The notes under the pieces are model-generated. The model was not told the origin of the DNA and searched no databases. It was given only the letters and a program-made list of their open reading frames with translations. The position numbers and the translations under genes are program-made. DNA of 53,607 nucleotides from contig MFDF01000016.1 in NCBI GenBank assembly GCA_001776785.1, positions 1 through 53,607 of the forward strand, read 5' to 3'. Below are positions 27,512 to 37,617 of the stretch, piece by piece (within the stretch, counting starts at the first letter, position 1; the number at the start of each line of letters is the position of its first letter). The DNA is from Candidatus Daviesbacteria bacterium RIFCSPHIGHO2_12_FULL_37_16 (GTDB taxonomy: Bacteria; Patescibacteriota; Microgenomatia; Daviesbacterales; UBA10151).

Positions 27512-27880
27512 ATGGATTCTAATATAACACCACCAGCCGGAGGAGGGTTACCACCAGTGCCTCCAAATCCAATCCCATCTCAAAACACTTCTATGCCTGC
27601 ACAACCTGCTGCAGCCCCTGTTGTTGCACAAGCAGGTGGAGGCGGAGATTCTTCTTCTAAAAAATGGATATTTATAATACTGGGTGTAATTGGACTTTTA
27701 GCAGTTGTTGGAGGAGCATACTTCTTCCTGATGGGAAGCCAGACAGCTCAGCCCGCGCAGCAAAATGTACAGGTGGATACAACTGAATTTGAAAGCCTAA
27801 ATGCAGAGACATCCCAGATTAACTTAGGAGATATTCAGTCTGATTTTGTTGAAGTAGATACTGACCTGCAAAGTTTATGA
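27512..27880 (+). CDS. Pro-rich single-pass membrane protein
   Basis: SD-like GGAGG upstream of ATG 27512; TM WIFIILGVIGLLAVVGGAYFFL. Confidence 0.8.
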   Translation: MDSNITPPAGGGLPPVPPNPIPSQNTSMPAQPAAAPVVAQAGGGGDSSSKKWIFIILGVIGLLAVVGGAYFFLMGSQTAQPAQQNVQVDTTEFESLNAETSQINLGDIQSDFVEVDTDLQSL

Positions 27881-28761
27881 CGCTTAAGATTTGGCTATTT
27901 GGATTTATATTTTTATTTATTCTTACTCCGGTTGTAAGTGCGGTTGATTTAACCAGACCTACACCTCCACCAAGACCTCAACCACTAACTGAAAGACCTG
28001 AAGCACCTAGAGCACCTGAGCCACCTCAAGTAAGCGGTGACTTTGAGGTCCCTGAGGTCCCAGGACTGCGTGTTAGGGTTTTTGCCCATCCTCCAAAGCC
28101 AACCCCTCCACCAAAGCCTGGTACAACCCCTAAACCCACTCCAACCCCATCACCTGTTCCAGTTGAAAACACTTCTTTGGTTTGCGGTTTATTAGACCCA
28201 GATACTCAAAATGTTGTAACTCCAGCAGGGTGGCACATAATACCTGGTTCAATAACTTACAGATTAAATGCAGCCAGCGTACCAGCAAGTGTTGGGGGGA
28301 GCAATTTGGATGCAATTGTCCAGAATGGGTTTAGCCAGTATAACCAGGCAACGGGTGGAAAAGTAAATTTTGTTAAGGGGGTAAATACAAGTGTTAACAG
28401 ATCAAGGTTTGATGGGCAAAATGTAGTAACCTGGGGAAGATTAGGAGCTGGATCTTTAGGAATCACCTATGTTTGGTATTATCCTTCTAGCGGGAATTTA
28501 GCTGAGGTTGATACTGTTATGAATACCAGGTATAAGTGGAGTTTATCAAGCCAGGATTCCTGTGCTGACAACAAAACTTATGATGCAAAAAATATTATGA
28601 CACATGAGCTGGGCCACTGGATGGGGCTTGATGATATGTATAATGCTGGAACCCATGGGGATGCAACTATGTATGGATATGGGAGTTTGGGTGAAGTTAA
28701 AAAGAATACACTCACCACTGGAGATAAGACTGGATTATCTTCGATTTATACACCTTTATAG
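27877..28761 (+). CDS. Matrixin (M10) family zinc metalloprotease
   Basis: Signal peptide, Pro-rich linker, THELGHWMGLDD, Met-turn ATMYG. Confidence 0.88.
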   Translation: MTLKIWLFGFIFLFILTPVVSAVDLTRPTPPPRPQPLTERPEAPRAPEPPQVSGDFEVPEVPGLRVRVFAHPPKPTPPPKPGTTPKPTPTPSPVPVENTSLVCGLLDPDTQNVVTPAGWHIIPGSITYRLNAASVPASVGGSNLDAIVQNGFSQYNQATGGKVNFVKGVNTSVNRSRFDGQNVVTWGRLGAGSLGITYVWYYPSSGNLAEVDTVMNTRYKWSLSSQDSCADNKTYDAKNIMTHELGHWMGLDDMYNAGTHGDATMYGYGSLGEVKKNTLTTGDKTGLSSIYTPL

Positions 28762-28763
28762 TT

Positions 28764-29792
28764 TTACAAAACTAAAGTAGGTTCCAGAGGTTGGTGAAAT
28801 TTCTTATTCCAGCTATTTTCTAAATCTGGTATAACATTTACCATAACACTCTCTCCTGTAATTTGATTAGTCCAATTTACAATGTCAGGGTTAAGTCTGT
28901 GATTTATGGGAAAACTTTTGAACCTTGATCCAATATTGCCAAAAAATCTGTCTGGGTCTGTATTTATATAATGCAACAGTTGAGATTTGTATTCCCCGTT
29001 AAAATAAGGAATTAAAATTTTGTTATTATATGCTTTAACTTGATCTGGATATGCAGGTGAATTGTAGTTAAAACCATATCCTTTCATCCACTCAGAATTA
29101 GCTTGTTCAACAACAGCTTCTTCATATTTTGCTCCAATTATTCCCATGCAGCTTGCATTTTCATCCATATATTGAGAACTAGAAAAAACTAATGTAACAC
29201 CGCTCCTCATGTGTGCCTTTACTATCTTGCCGTTTTCAATAGGAATATCTGCAGGGGGGGTAAGTTTTACTTTCTTAACTTCCTGGTGTAAGGCTTCATG
29301 CATACAGATTGCAAGTGTTAATGTGGCAACTCGGTCCTGCCAGCCACCCATTTCCCTGATGCTTGTTAAATTTATAAAAGCTTTATTGGAATTTGGTAAA
29401 ACAATGCCTTGCCCAATATTGTAATTTTTTTCAGTTCTGCAGCCATCTTCTTCATTCAAAGACCTTACAAACCTTTCCTCTTCCGATAAATACTGTCTCT
29501 GGGCTATTTTTAACCCATCTGTACCAATTTCTATGCCAACTTTTTCGCATGCAAAACCAGAAATTTCACTGGCAACCTGGTTAAGTCTATTAGGGTTTCT
29601 GGCAATTTCAGAATCTAATTTTCCGAACCTATCTACCGGGCTGCTTGATAGAGCTGGGGTTTGGAATTTGGGAGAAGATAATTTACTCTCCTGTGAGTGA
29701 ATAACTTGTGGACCAATCGCTGTAACCAGCGCAAGTTCAGCAACTGCTGCAGAGACCAGTTTTATAAAGTTTCTTCTTGGTATTTCATTCAT
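28764..29792 (-). CDS. Hypothetical protein with twin-arginine-like N-terminus and HExxH motif
   Basis: PRRNFIKL; MHEALH...EEAVVE. Confidence 0.7.
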   Translation of the reverse strand: MNEIPRRNFIKLVSAAVAELALVTAIGPQVIHSQESKLSSPKFQTPALSSSPVDRFGKLDSEIARNPNRLNQVASEISGFACEKVGIEIGTDGLKIAQRQYLSEEERFVRSLNEEDGCRTEKNYNIGQGIVLPNSNKAFINLTSIREMGGWQDRVATLTLAICMHEALHQEVKKVKLTPPADIPIENGKIVKAHMRSGVTLVFSSSQYMDENASCMGIIGAKYEEAVVEQANSEWMKGYGFNYNSPAYPDQVKAYNNKILIPYFNGEYKSQLLHYINTDPDRFFGNIGSRFKSFPINHRLNPDIVNWTNQITGESVMVNVIPDLENSWNKKFHQPLEPTLVL

Positions 29793-30028
29793 GAGACCAA
29801 TTATACATATATAAAAAAACCAACCACAAGGGCTGGATTTATTTTAGTGAGCGCTCAATGCACTTCTATTTGAACCGAAGGGAAAAGAGCTTTGCTCATT
29901 TGAACCACTACTTGCTCATTTTAATGATTTGATGGGTGTGTATGAAAGTTGCGTGGAATAATTTGTGTATTTTCATTGAAATTCATATAATTTATCCTAT
30001 AATTTCAAGTGAAATTAAGTAATAAACC

Positions 30029-30496
30029 ATGGAAGTACCTTCTGACGGAAATCGTTTTATTGATCAGATTAATAAAAGGTCATCGATGCCTGAAGTTGAA
30101 TTGATTGTTCCATTAAGTGGTGCAGCAATTATGATGCTTCATCCGATTGGCAGAACTATCGCCGAAGAGTTAACCACTTCCAATCCTATAAGGGATTACT
30201 TGCTTTACAACACAGGAGATTTTACAGATGCATTTATAATAACTTCGTTCGCAGACATAATTCTAAGAATTGCCAAGCCTGAAATACCCGACAGAATTAG
30301 CCGATCAATTGGATTAGCATTTGGAAGCTCAGCAGTGATTTTTGCAGAAACTGTTCAAACTAACATACGACAATTGGGAACTGCGCAGATTGACGATATA
30401 CCTTTTGGATTATTGGGTTCAGTTTCAGCGGTATGTTTTAGTGCCTGGTATGAAAGAAAGTTTAGGACTCCAAAAAATTTAGAGTCCAAAGTTTGA
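30029..30496 (+). CDS. Hypothetical membrane protein
   Basis: 155-aa ORF with hydrophobic segments. Confidence 0.65.
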   Translation: MEVPSDGNRFIDQINKRSSMPEVELIVPLSGAAIMMLHPIGRTIAEELTTSNPIRDYLLYNTGDFTDAFIITSFADIILRIAKPEIPDRISRSIGLAFGSSAVIFAETVQTNIRQLGTAQIDDIPFGLLGSVSAVCFSAWYERKFRTPKNLESKV

Positions 30497-30610
30497 AGGA
30501 ATGGGTTTGAACCAACTTGAAGCTAAGTTAATTTAAAAACAGAGGTGGGAGACGGGACACCCTATCAAAAATGAAAATTTTGAGGCTAACTTTGAACCAA
30601 AATGCATTAA

Positions 30611-30630
30611 GAGCGGGTAACGGGATTCGA
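30611..30630 (-). repeat. Displaced tRNA-Gly 3' end (att-like)
   Basis: gagcgggtaacgggattcga vs 37095-37114 gagcgggtgatcggattcga, 17/20 identical, same orientation. Confidence 0.75.
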
Positions 30631-30772
30631 GGCGTACTCCAAACTTTGTTTAATGATAACTCTGAACAGGCTAAATTATTGGCTTTTCAATTAGAGTTAC
30701 TCAAAAACCAGAGCCTATTCTCTAAAACTTCCTCTAGTGTGCTTTGACGATCGAAATTAGTAAAATCTATTT

Positions 30773-31402
30773 ATGTTTGGCATTTTTAACAAGAAAAACG
30801 AGACAAAAGGAGAAATTGGCTACTTTGGACTTCAGGACTGGTGGCTTTCAGCTTTTACCCAAGATGAACGAAATCATATTGAGGAGGTATTTCATCCAAT
30901 GGGTTCAGAACCCAGCTCAAAACCTCTAACTCAGGGCGATATTTCTTATACCTCGCAAACTGCTGCAGGACTTCTCCAAGCACTGGCTGGGTGGTTTAAT
31001 AATCCAAGAGATCGAGAAATCGCCAAAAAGATTATTCAAAAGGCTGAGGAATTAGCTCCTGTTGGCGGGAATATACTTGACCAGCACTTTACTCTTTCAG
31101 AGAAAATGGTTATTTATTATCGTGAGCGAGAGACAAGCCCCGAAGCTATGGAGACTGCAATAACGACATGTAGAGAGCAAATTGCTCTTGCTCCACAAGC
31201 AATCAAAGCTTTTCTCAAAGAATACCCTCAACAACCACTCCCTGCCCATGCAGGGTACAGACAGCTCAGGATTATCCTAGAAAAACAAGGTAAATATGAC
31301 GAGGCTATTGAACTCTGCTTGCAAGCAAAACAGCAAGGATGGACTGATGATTGGGATAAACAGCTGGAGACTCTGAACAAAAAGAAAGAAAAAGTACACT
31401 AA
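30773..31402 (+). CDS. Hypothetical alpha-helical (TPR-like) protein
   Basis: GYRQLRIILEKQGKYDEAIELCLQAKQQGW. Confidence 0.8.
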   Translation: MFGIFNKKNETKGEIGYFGLQDWWLSAFTQDERNHIEEVFHPMGSEPSSKPLTQGDISYTSQTAAGLLQALAGWFNNPRDREIAKKIIQKAEELAPVGGNILDQHFTLSEKMVIYYRERETSPEAMETAITTCREQIALAPQAIKAFLKEYPQQPLPAHAGYRQLRIILEKQGKYDEAIELCLQAKQQGWTDDWDKQLETLNKKKEKVH

Positions 31403-31507
31403 ATCGTACGACCTCACATTAAGACTTAGTTATCCATCTAATAAGACAAGTTTTAATACAACCAGCTCAGCTATTTGCTATAATCTAATTGCTGAATTAA
31501 GCAAAAA

Positions 31508-32695
31508 ATGGATATGTATATTTATATTGCCCTTGGGGTTGCAATAGGATTTGTAGTTGCGTTAATTGTATTTCTATTGACTAAAAAGCAGTTTTCAGGG
31601 GATTCTTCTCAGCTCGAAGCTAAACTCGCCGAAATTTTTCCTAAAGTTCTGCAGAATGCAAACGAACAATTAGTTTTGCTCGCTAATGAAAAGCTACAAG
31701 CAGAAAAACAAGATATTAAAACCGATCTTCAGAATAAAAAGACCAGTATTGAAGACTTAATAAAAAGAATCCATCAAGAATTAGAACAAAGTAACAAGAG
31801 AACAGAAAAAGCAGAATTAGAAAGAGTGGGTTCTTTTCGTGAACTTAAACAGGAGATGGAGAATAATAGACGAATTACGGAACAACTTTCAGCAACAACA
31901 GAGGGTTTAAAGAAAGTCTTATCAAATAATCAGTTAAGAGGGCAGTTCGGGGAACAAGTAGCGGAGGAATTATTAAGAATGGTTGGGTTTGTGAATGGAG
32001 TAGATTATCAGCACAATAAAATTTTAGTGGGAGCAGAAACCAGACCAGATTTTACCATTTTCTTGCCTGATGGAGTAAAGATAAATATTGATGTCAAGTT
32101 CCCTTATGCTAATTTGCAGAAGATGACTGAAACTCAAGATGAGGGAATGAAAAGAGAATATGTAAAATTATTTGAAAAAGATATTAAGGATAAGATAAAA
32201 CAGGTTACCTCTCGTGAATATATTAACCCAGAAGATAACACCGTGGATTTTGTAATAATGTTTATACCCAACGAAATGATCTTCTCTTATATATATGAAA
32301 AAATGGGAAGTGTTTGGGAAGACGGAATGAAGCAAAAAGTAATTTTTGCAGGTCCTTTTAACTTCACTGCTATCTTAAGACTCATAAGACAATCTTACAG
32401 CAATTTTAAATATCAGAATAATGTTCGGAATATTATTACCTATATAAAAATATTTGAAGAGGAGTTCAGAAAATATAATCAAGAATTTGTGAAAATCGGA
32501 GATAGATTAGAATCTCTTAATGACCAATATGCTAAGGTGGATTCTACTCGGACGAAACAGTTAATAAGATCTGTTGATAAGATAGTTTCTGAAGATAATA
32601 AAGCAGATGATGTTTCATCCGCAATTCCAGCAATGATGGACCCACTTATATCTCCTGCCGCTAATAAAATAGTAGCTGAAGAAGAAATAATATAG
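31508..32695 (+). CDS. rmuC: DNA recombination protein RmuC
   Basis: N-terminal TM + coiled coil; LRGQFGE, RPDFTIFLPDG..INIDVKFP, DFVIMFIPNE. Confidence 0.92.
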   Translation: MDMYIYIALGVAIGFVVALIVFLLTKKQFSGDSSQLEAKLAEIFPKVLQNANEQLVLLANEKLQAEKQDIKTDLQNKKTSIEDLIKRIHQELEQSNKRTEKAELERVGSFRELKQEMENNRRITEQLSATTEGLKKVLSNNQLRGQFGEQVAEELLRMVGFVNGVDYQHNKILVGAETRPDFTIFLPDGVKINIDVKFPYANLQKMTETQDEGMKREYVKLFEKDIKDKIKQVTSREYINPEDNTVDFVIMFIPNEMIFSYIYEKMGSVWEDGMKQKVIFAGPFNFTAILRLIRQSYSNFKYQNNVRNIITYIKIFEEEFRKYNQEFVKIGDRLESLNDQYAKVDSTRTKQLIRSVDKIVSEDNKADDVSSAIPAMMDPLISPAANKIVAEEEII

Positions 32696-32698
32696 TTT

Positions 32699-35600
32699 CT
32701 ACTTACTAATTTTCTTTTCTAATTCACTTAAAAAACTTTTATAAATTTCTATGGGTAATCTAAAACCACGCTTAGTAAATCCTGTATAACCAGCAGATTC
32801 TACATAGTGTCTAATATCAATTACTTGATTATTTGATGGTTGGATCATTATCTTAGAACTACCCTTACCTTTCCATTGAACAAATGTGATTTGATTTTTA
32901 TCAATCGCTAAACGGGATTGGAGGATGAAATTATTTGCATCATTTGTTCCGATTCCAATACCGTTGTCAGTAAATCCAATAAAAGACCCCTCTTTAATAT
33001 ATTCTCTAATCCAGAGAGATTCTCCTTTTTCAATAAATGTAACGACTAAGTCCCTGCGGTTGTCCACAGGAAATCTCAAAACTTCTTCAAGGCTATTTTT
33101 GTCATTATTGTTGTTTTCCGTTAAAAAATCTTCTTGCTCGTCTTGATTGAGTACGGCAGAATCTAGTATTACCTTGTTTTGTAAAGAGATTTGCTTAAAC
33201 CGACCTAGAAGTTTCTGAGGCTTTTCAAAGTAATCTTTTATGTCATCAATTACCCCTGTTCGACTAGCGTCTTCATTTATCCATTCTGAGTATAATAGTC
33301 GGTAGAAAACCCATCCTGCTTTCTCAAGTATAGATTGTCTTTCGATATCACTACTTACATATATATCACTTCCCTCATCTTCAAAATGTGTAGGTCCATC
33401 ACATTCAATAGCCAAGCTTAATCCTTTACTTGGATTAGTAATTACAAAATCAAGTTTAAAACCACAACTCTCCACCTGATTTTGAATAATGTAATCTTTC
33501 CCAAGATTAGTACGAATAAAATAATAAAATTCCTCTTCAAAATATGAGTCGAAAGGTTTTATCTGCTGATCGTAGAAATTTACTTCCCCATTTTTTTCAA
33601 CATATTCAAGATACCTCTTTATCCAGATACCATCAGGCCATTCTTTAGGTGGCAAGGAAGTCACACAATGCACTTGCAGTTTTGATCTGGAGAATGCAAC
33701 ATTAATTCTTCCCTCATTCAAACCTTTATTTATTTCTCCCTGCTCTCCAGTTAAAGGAATATATCTTTTCTTACCATCAATATCTGATATAACAAAAGAG
33801 TAAATAATAATATCTCTTTCATCTCCTTGTATGCCCTCAATAGTGGATACTTTTATATTTTCGTCAGCTATTGTCTCTTCCAGTAAATAGGCTTGTTCAT
33901 TAAAAAATGTCAGGACAGCTATTGACTTATTTTTTGTTTTTTCATCTGATTGTAAATCTTTAATTAATTTTGCTATATATTTTGCTTCAGAGATATTAGT
34001 TTTTTCAGATAAATCCTCTGATCTGTCCGTTTTAATAATGTGATTGACCATTATCCTATTAGTATTTTTGTATGTCACATAATTGGAGTTAATAACCTCC
34101 ATCCCTTTTCTTTTAGGTTGATAAATATATTCATTGGAAAATCCTATAATTTCTTTTGGAGATCTATAATGATAGCGAAGTATTTTTTCCTGAAATCCTG
34201 AATTCATACCAATATCCAAAACTGATTTCACTGAATCAGACTTGCTTTTAATCTGTAGGTACTCAGGTATATTAAACTTCCGAGCTAAATCCTCCATAGA
34301 TCTATTAGTTTTAAATTTAATAGAGTCGTCTCTCATTTGCTCACTATCCCCGAAGAACAAAACATGTTTTGATCTATACATAGCTGGCATGGCATAAGCT
34401 AAGTTGCACTGAGATGCCTCATCTAAAATAATATAATCAAACATATTTTTATTTAAAGGAATAAGCCGACTTGCATCTTCTAAATCCATAATCCAAACAG
34501 GTATTATTTCTTTAAGTGTTTGGAAATTAGAAGAATCACTTTTTAAGTTATCAAATGTTCTATACGCTTTCTTACTTTTTTGTAATGCCTTAGCAATTCT
34601 AGCGAGAATGCCCCTTGTTAAAGCAGTTAAAGTTGCGTCAATAACTTGTTTTTTTACACGATTTCTTAAAAAGATTTTTACCTTATCTTTTCTATCAGTC
34701 TTTGCCTTAACAAGACTTTTATTAACAGCATTAGGATTGGTTAATTCCAGAGTTATAAATTGAGTCTCAATTTTTATTCTTGATTTAACTGCATTTGCAG
34801 AAATTTCAAAACCCTCTTTGGATATAAGTTCCTCCAGTCTTTTAAGACTGAGTTGATCAAGACCTAGTTCAAATATTTTAAGATCGAGTTCTTTTTTAAT
34901 ATCATCAATTCTTAAAATACATTCGTTATAATGAAAATAATTTCTTACAGCAGCTAGTTCTTCTTTCATTTCAATTTTAGAATGTCCTGAATTAAGAGTT
35001 TGCTCAAAAACCTCAAATATTTCTAAAGGCAATTTATCTGTAACATTTTTATGCCTTATTTTTAGTAGGGTATTATTAAAAAAGCGACCAATCTTATTTT
35101 TTCGATCATAACCATTTTTATCAATTATATTTATAAGATTTTCCATTATTTCTGAATAGTTAGTGGCTGAAGTTAGGAGTCTATTGAATTTAGCATTCAG
35201 TTTAGTTAAGCGACCATCTGTTGCGTATTCGCCACACAATGTATTTAATTTTTCAAGTTCGATTTGTAGGTCCTTTATTGTTTTGTACTCAGTTTCATTA
35301 AATCTTTCGTCAAACCTCTCAGGATCAAGCAATTTTATGTTATATTTCTCTGAACTTATTAACTCGTTATATAAATAATAAGCAGTTCTTTGCTGATCAA
35401 TAGAACTATTAAATATATTTGAAACTTCGACAATACTTTCTGTTTGTAATTCTTTTTCCAATGATCCTCTATCATGAATAAAATTTACATATTGCTGAAC
35501 TCCCGCAAGGGTATATGCTGCTCCATCTTTTTCTTCTTCCTCGTTATAAAGTGCGGAATATCTGTTAGGTATGTACCCATAGAGATACTCAACATCTAGT

Positions 35601-36670
35601 GATTTTAGTTTATCTTTTACGACTTTTAAGGCTTGTGGTTTTTGACTGAGAAAAAGAACTCTTTTGTTTTGAGCAGCTAAATGGCATAGCACATTTGCGA
35701 TAGTTTGTGACTTACCCGTACCAGGAGGACCTTGAATAATCGCTGCCTTATTATTAATAATTGATAAGACTTTTAATTGGTGTTTGTCATAATCAAAAGG
35801 GAAAAATAAATCATCACTATTCTCGCCAATTTCTTCAATTAAAGATAAGTCTTCATCAGAAATCCAACTACTTAAAGAGGTATCTAACATTTCTTCTTCG
35901 TTCATCTCAGCAAGCTTCTTAAGGTCTTGTACAAGGAAATAATTAGACTTTGAAGAGATGGAAACTACAATCTTATTAATATCAAATGAATTTTCATCAA
36001 ACTGAGCCTCGGAGAGTTTTAATCTGCCTTTAAGTTCTTCCCATATTTTATTAACTGTATCTGGTTTTAAAGGTAAGTTAAGATTGCCCTCGATCTCAAT
36101 TTGATTTACGAAGTCAGCGAAATCGTAGTAACTCTCTTCTCCTAAAACTTCTTGAAGAAAGCCTAAATTGGGAATTATATTTTGATCTAATATGTGGAGA
36201 TGATATTTATTGTTTATTAGTAGAATTTCAATAGGAACTGTAAAAAGTGGGAATTGATTTTCTTTTTGCTTTTTAGGTTGATCTTCGGCATCATCTATAT
36301 CTGTTGTTTCTGGTACTTCTACTTTAAAATATCCAAAGTTAAGAGTAATTTGTTTTGTAAATTCATCAACTTTATACTTATTCTTAATTTCCTCCAATTT
36401 AACAGCCATACTTTTCTGTTTTAAATATGTAGATTCATTTTCTTCAGTTACATCTTTTGGATTAAGTTCATAGAATTCTTTTAGATCTATCAATAAGTTT
36501 TCATCCTCCTCAGGATTGGTAATAAACATGAAGTCCAAATTGAAAATAGAAGAGTCCAGGGGATCTGTAAAAATTCTGGAGCGAGAAGAAGATGGATTAA
36601 CAAGCTTAATGTAGCCTAAACAGTATTTGAGGATATCGGTTATATTCAGGGCGTTCTTGTTAATATCCAT
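32699..36670 (-). CDS. SF1 (DNA2/NAM7-like) helicase fused to a very-short-patch-type restriction-like nuclease and tandem PC4-like domains
   Basis: QGPPGTGKSQTI, ILDEASQ, FGDSEQM, HYRS, IQGDERD, NVAFSRSK; FDSYFEEE...LDFV...LAIECDG..H...DIERQSILEKAGW; two IR.Y....GFT..G repeats. Confidence 0.88.
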   Translation of the reverse strand: MDINKNALNITDILKYCLGYIKLVNPSSSRSRIFTDPLDSSIFNLDFMFITNPEEDENLLIDLKEFYELNPKDVTEENESTYLKQKSMAVKLEEIKNKYKVDEFTKQITLNFGYFKVEVPETTDIDDAEDQPKKQKENQFPLFTVPIEILLINNKYHLHILDQNIIPNLGFLQEVLGEESYYDFADFVNQIEIEGNLNLPLKPDTVNKIWEELKGRLKLSEAQFDENSFDINKIVVSISSKSNYFLVQDLKKLAEMNEEEMLDTSLSSWISDEDLSLIEEIGENSDDLFFPFDYDKHQLKVLSIINNKAAIIQGPPGTGKSQTIANVLCHLAAQNKRVLFLSQKPQALKVVKDKLKSLDVEYLYGYIPNRYSALYNEEEEKDGAAYTLAGVQQYVNFIHDRGSLEKELQTESIVEVSNIFNSSIDQQRTAYYLYNELISSEKYNIKLLDPERFDERFNETEYKTIKDLQIELEKLNTLCGEYATDGRLTKLNAKFNRLLTSATNYSEIMENLINIIDKNGYDRKNKIGRFFNNTLLKIRHKNVTDKLPLEIFEVFEQTLNSGHSKIEMKEELAAVRNYFHYNECILRIDDIKKELDLKIFELGLDQLSLKRLEELISKEGFEISANAVKSRIKIETQFITLELTNPNAVNKSLVKAKTDRKDKVKIFLRNRVKKQVIDATLTALTRGILARIAKALQKSKKAYRTFDNLKSDSSNFQTLKEIIPVWIMDLEDASRLIPLNKNMFDYIILDEASQCNLAYAMPAMYRSKHVLFFGDSEQMRDDSIKFKTNRSMEDLARKFNIPEYLQIKSKSDSVKSVLDIGMNSGFQEKILRYHYRSPKEIIGFSNEYIYQPKRKGMEVINSNYVTYKNTNRIMVNHIIKTDRSEDLSEKTNISEAKYIAKLIKDLQSDEKTKNKSIAVLTFFNEQAYLLEETIADENIKVSTIEGIQGDERDIIIYSFVISDIDGKKRYIPLTGEQGEINKGLNEGRINVAFSRSKLQVHCVTSLPPKEWPDGIWIKRYLEYVEKNGEVNFYDQQIKPFDSYFEEEFYYFIRTNLGKDYIIQNQVESCGFKLDFVITNPSKGLSLAIECDGPTHFEDEGSDIYVSSDIERQSILEKAGWVFYRLLYSEWINEDASRTGVIDDIKDYFEKPQKLLGRFKQISLQNKVILDSAVLNQDEQEDFLTENNNNDKNSLEEVLRFPVDNRRDLVVTFIEKGESLWIREYIKEGSFIGFTDNGIGIGTNDANNFILQSRLAIDKNQITFVQWKGKGSSKIMIQPSNNQVIDIRHYVESAGYTGFTKRGFRLPIEIYKSFLSELEKKISK

Positions 36671-36750
36671 CTTAAATAGTCGTCTATTAAAATTATAACC
36701 TAAAGAACTCTATAGTATATAACCTCTAAAAAAGGAGTATTATACAAAAT

Positions 36751-37044
36751 ATGTTTATTCGTGAGGGGTTAAAAAATAAAAAGACTAAAATAAATATTTG
36801 TAATTACCTAAGGGGCGGGTTATATAAAAAAGATGCTGCGATTATGGCTGGAATTAGCGAGAAAACATTTTATCGGTGGGTAGAAGAGGATGACAGTTTT
36901 GACAGTCAGGTGGAGGCTAGTATTTTGGAGTATAAGCACTCTTTAATTCAGACTTTAAATCTAAACGCAGAGAAAAATGGAATGTTAGCTCTACAAATTC
37001 TTAAGATCAGGTGGCCTAAGGAATGGACACAACCACAAGATTAG
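36751..37044 (+). CDS. HTH protein resembling phage terminase small subunit
   Basis: DAAIMAGISEKTFYRW...A..ILKIRWPKEW. Confidence 0.65.
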   Translation: MFIREGLKNKKTKINICNYLRGGLYKKDAAIMAGISEKTFYRWVEEDDSFDSQVEASILEYKHSLIQTLNLNAEKNGMLALQILKIRWPKEWTQPQD

Positions 37045-37065
37045 CCCATTATATCAAGCTATTCA

Positions 37066-37088
37066 GGACACTCACAAAGGGGGTGTCC
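37066..37088. terminator. Hairpin between convergent HTH gene and tRNA-Gly
   Basis: GGACAC...GTGTCC. Confidence 0.4.
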
Positions 37089-37095
37089 CATTGGG

Positions 37096-37167
37096 AGCGG
37101 GTGATCGGATTCGAACCGACGACGTTCACTTTGGAAAAGTGACATTCTGCCACTGAATTACACCCGC
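37096..37167 (-). tRNA. tRNA-Gly(TCC)
   Basis: GCGGGTG TAATTCAGTGGCAGAAT G TCACT-TTTCCAA-AGTGA ... GTCGG TTCGAAT CCGAT CACCCGC T. Confidence 0.96.
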
Positions 37168-37215
37168 TTAAGGAATCTATTTTACCAAATTCTTTGAAAA
37201 ATCACATCTAAAGGA

Positions 37216-37617
37216 TTAAAGGTCGTTCTTAATTTTTTCCTGGGCAATTAGAAATTCTTCTTTAGAGACATTGTGCATTGAGTTTCCAAAGTTTAAGTCT
37301 TCCATTTCATCCATTGGAATAAGATGAAGATGGGCGTGGGGTACCTCTAAGCCTGCAACTATTACACCAACTTTTCCTGATTTAGGATTAAAAGCTTTTT
37401 TTATAGCATTTGCCAGCTTTTTTTGGACAGCCACCATTTCTTTTAAGGTTTCTTCAGGTAAATCAAAGTAATATTCAGTGTGTTCTTTTGGGATTATAAG
37501 TGTGTGGCCCATCCTGTGGGGACCACTTGAGAGAAAAGCCAAAAAATTACTGTCCTCATAGACCTTATAATTTGGGATTTCATCCCTGACTATTTTGCAG
37601 AAAATACAGTTATCCAT
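37216..37617 (-). CDS. HIT family hydrolase
   Basis: CIFCKI, GHTLIIPKEH, HAHLHLIP. Confidence 0.95.
   Translation of the reverse strand: MDNCIFCKIVRDEIPNYKVYEDSNFLAFLSSGPHRMGHTLIIPKEHTEYYFDLPEETLKEMVAVQKKLANAIKKAFNPKSGKVGVIVAGLEVPHAHLHLIPMDEMEDLNFGNSMHNVSKEEFLIAQEKIKNDL

Larger units (their letters stand above)
30611..37114. mobile_element. Genomic island integrated at tRNA-Gly (no integrase visible)
   Basis: Bounded by tRNA-Gly and its 3'-end copy; CG dinucleotides visibly more frequent than in flanking genes; phage-like HTH gene at the tRNA end. Confidence 0.65.

Noticed and set aside
30611-37114. Intact prophage
   Set aside because: No integrase, large terminase, portal or capsid genes
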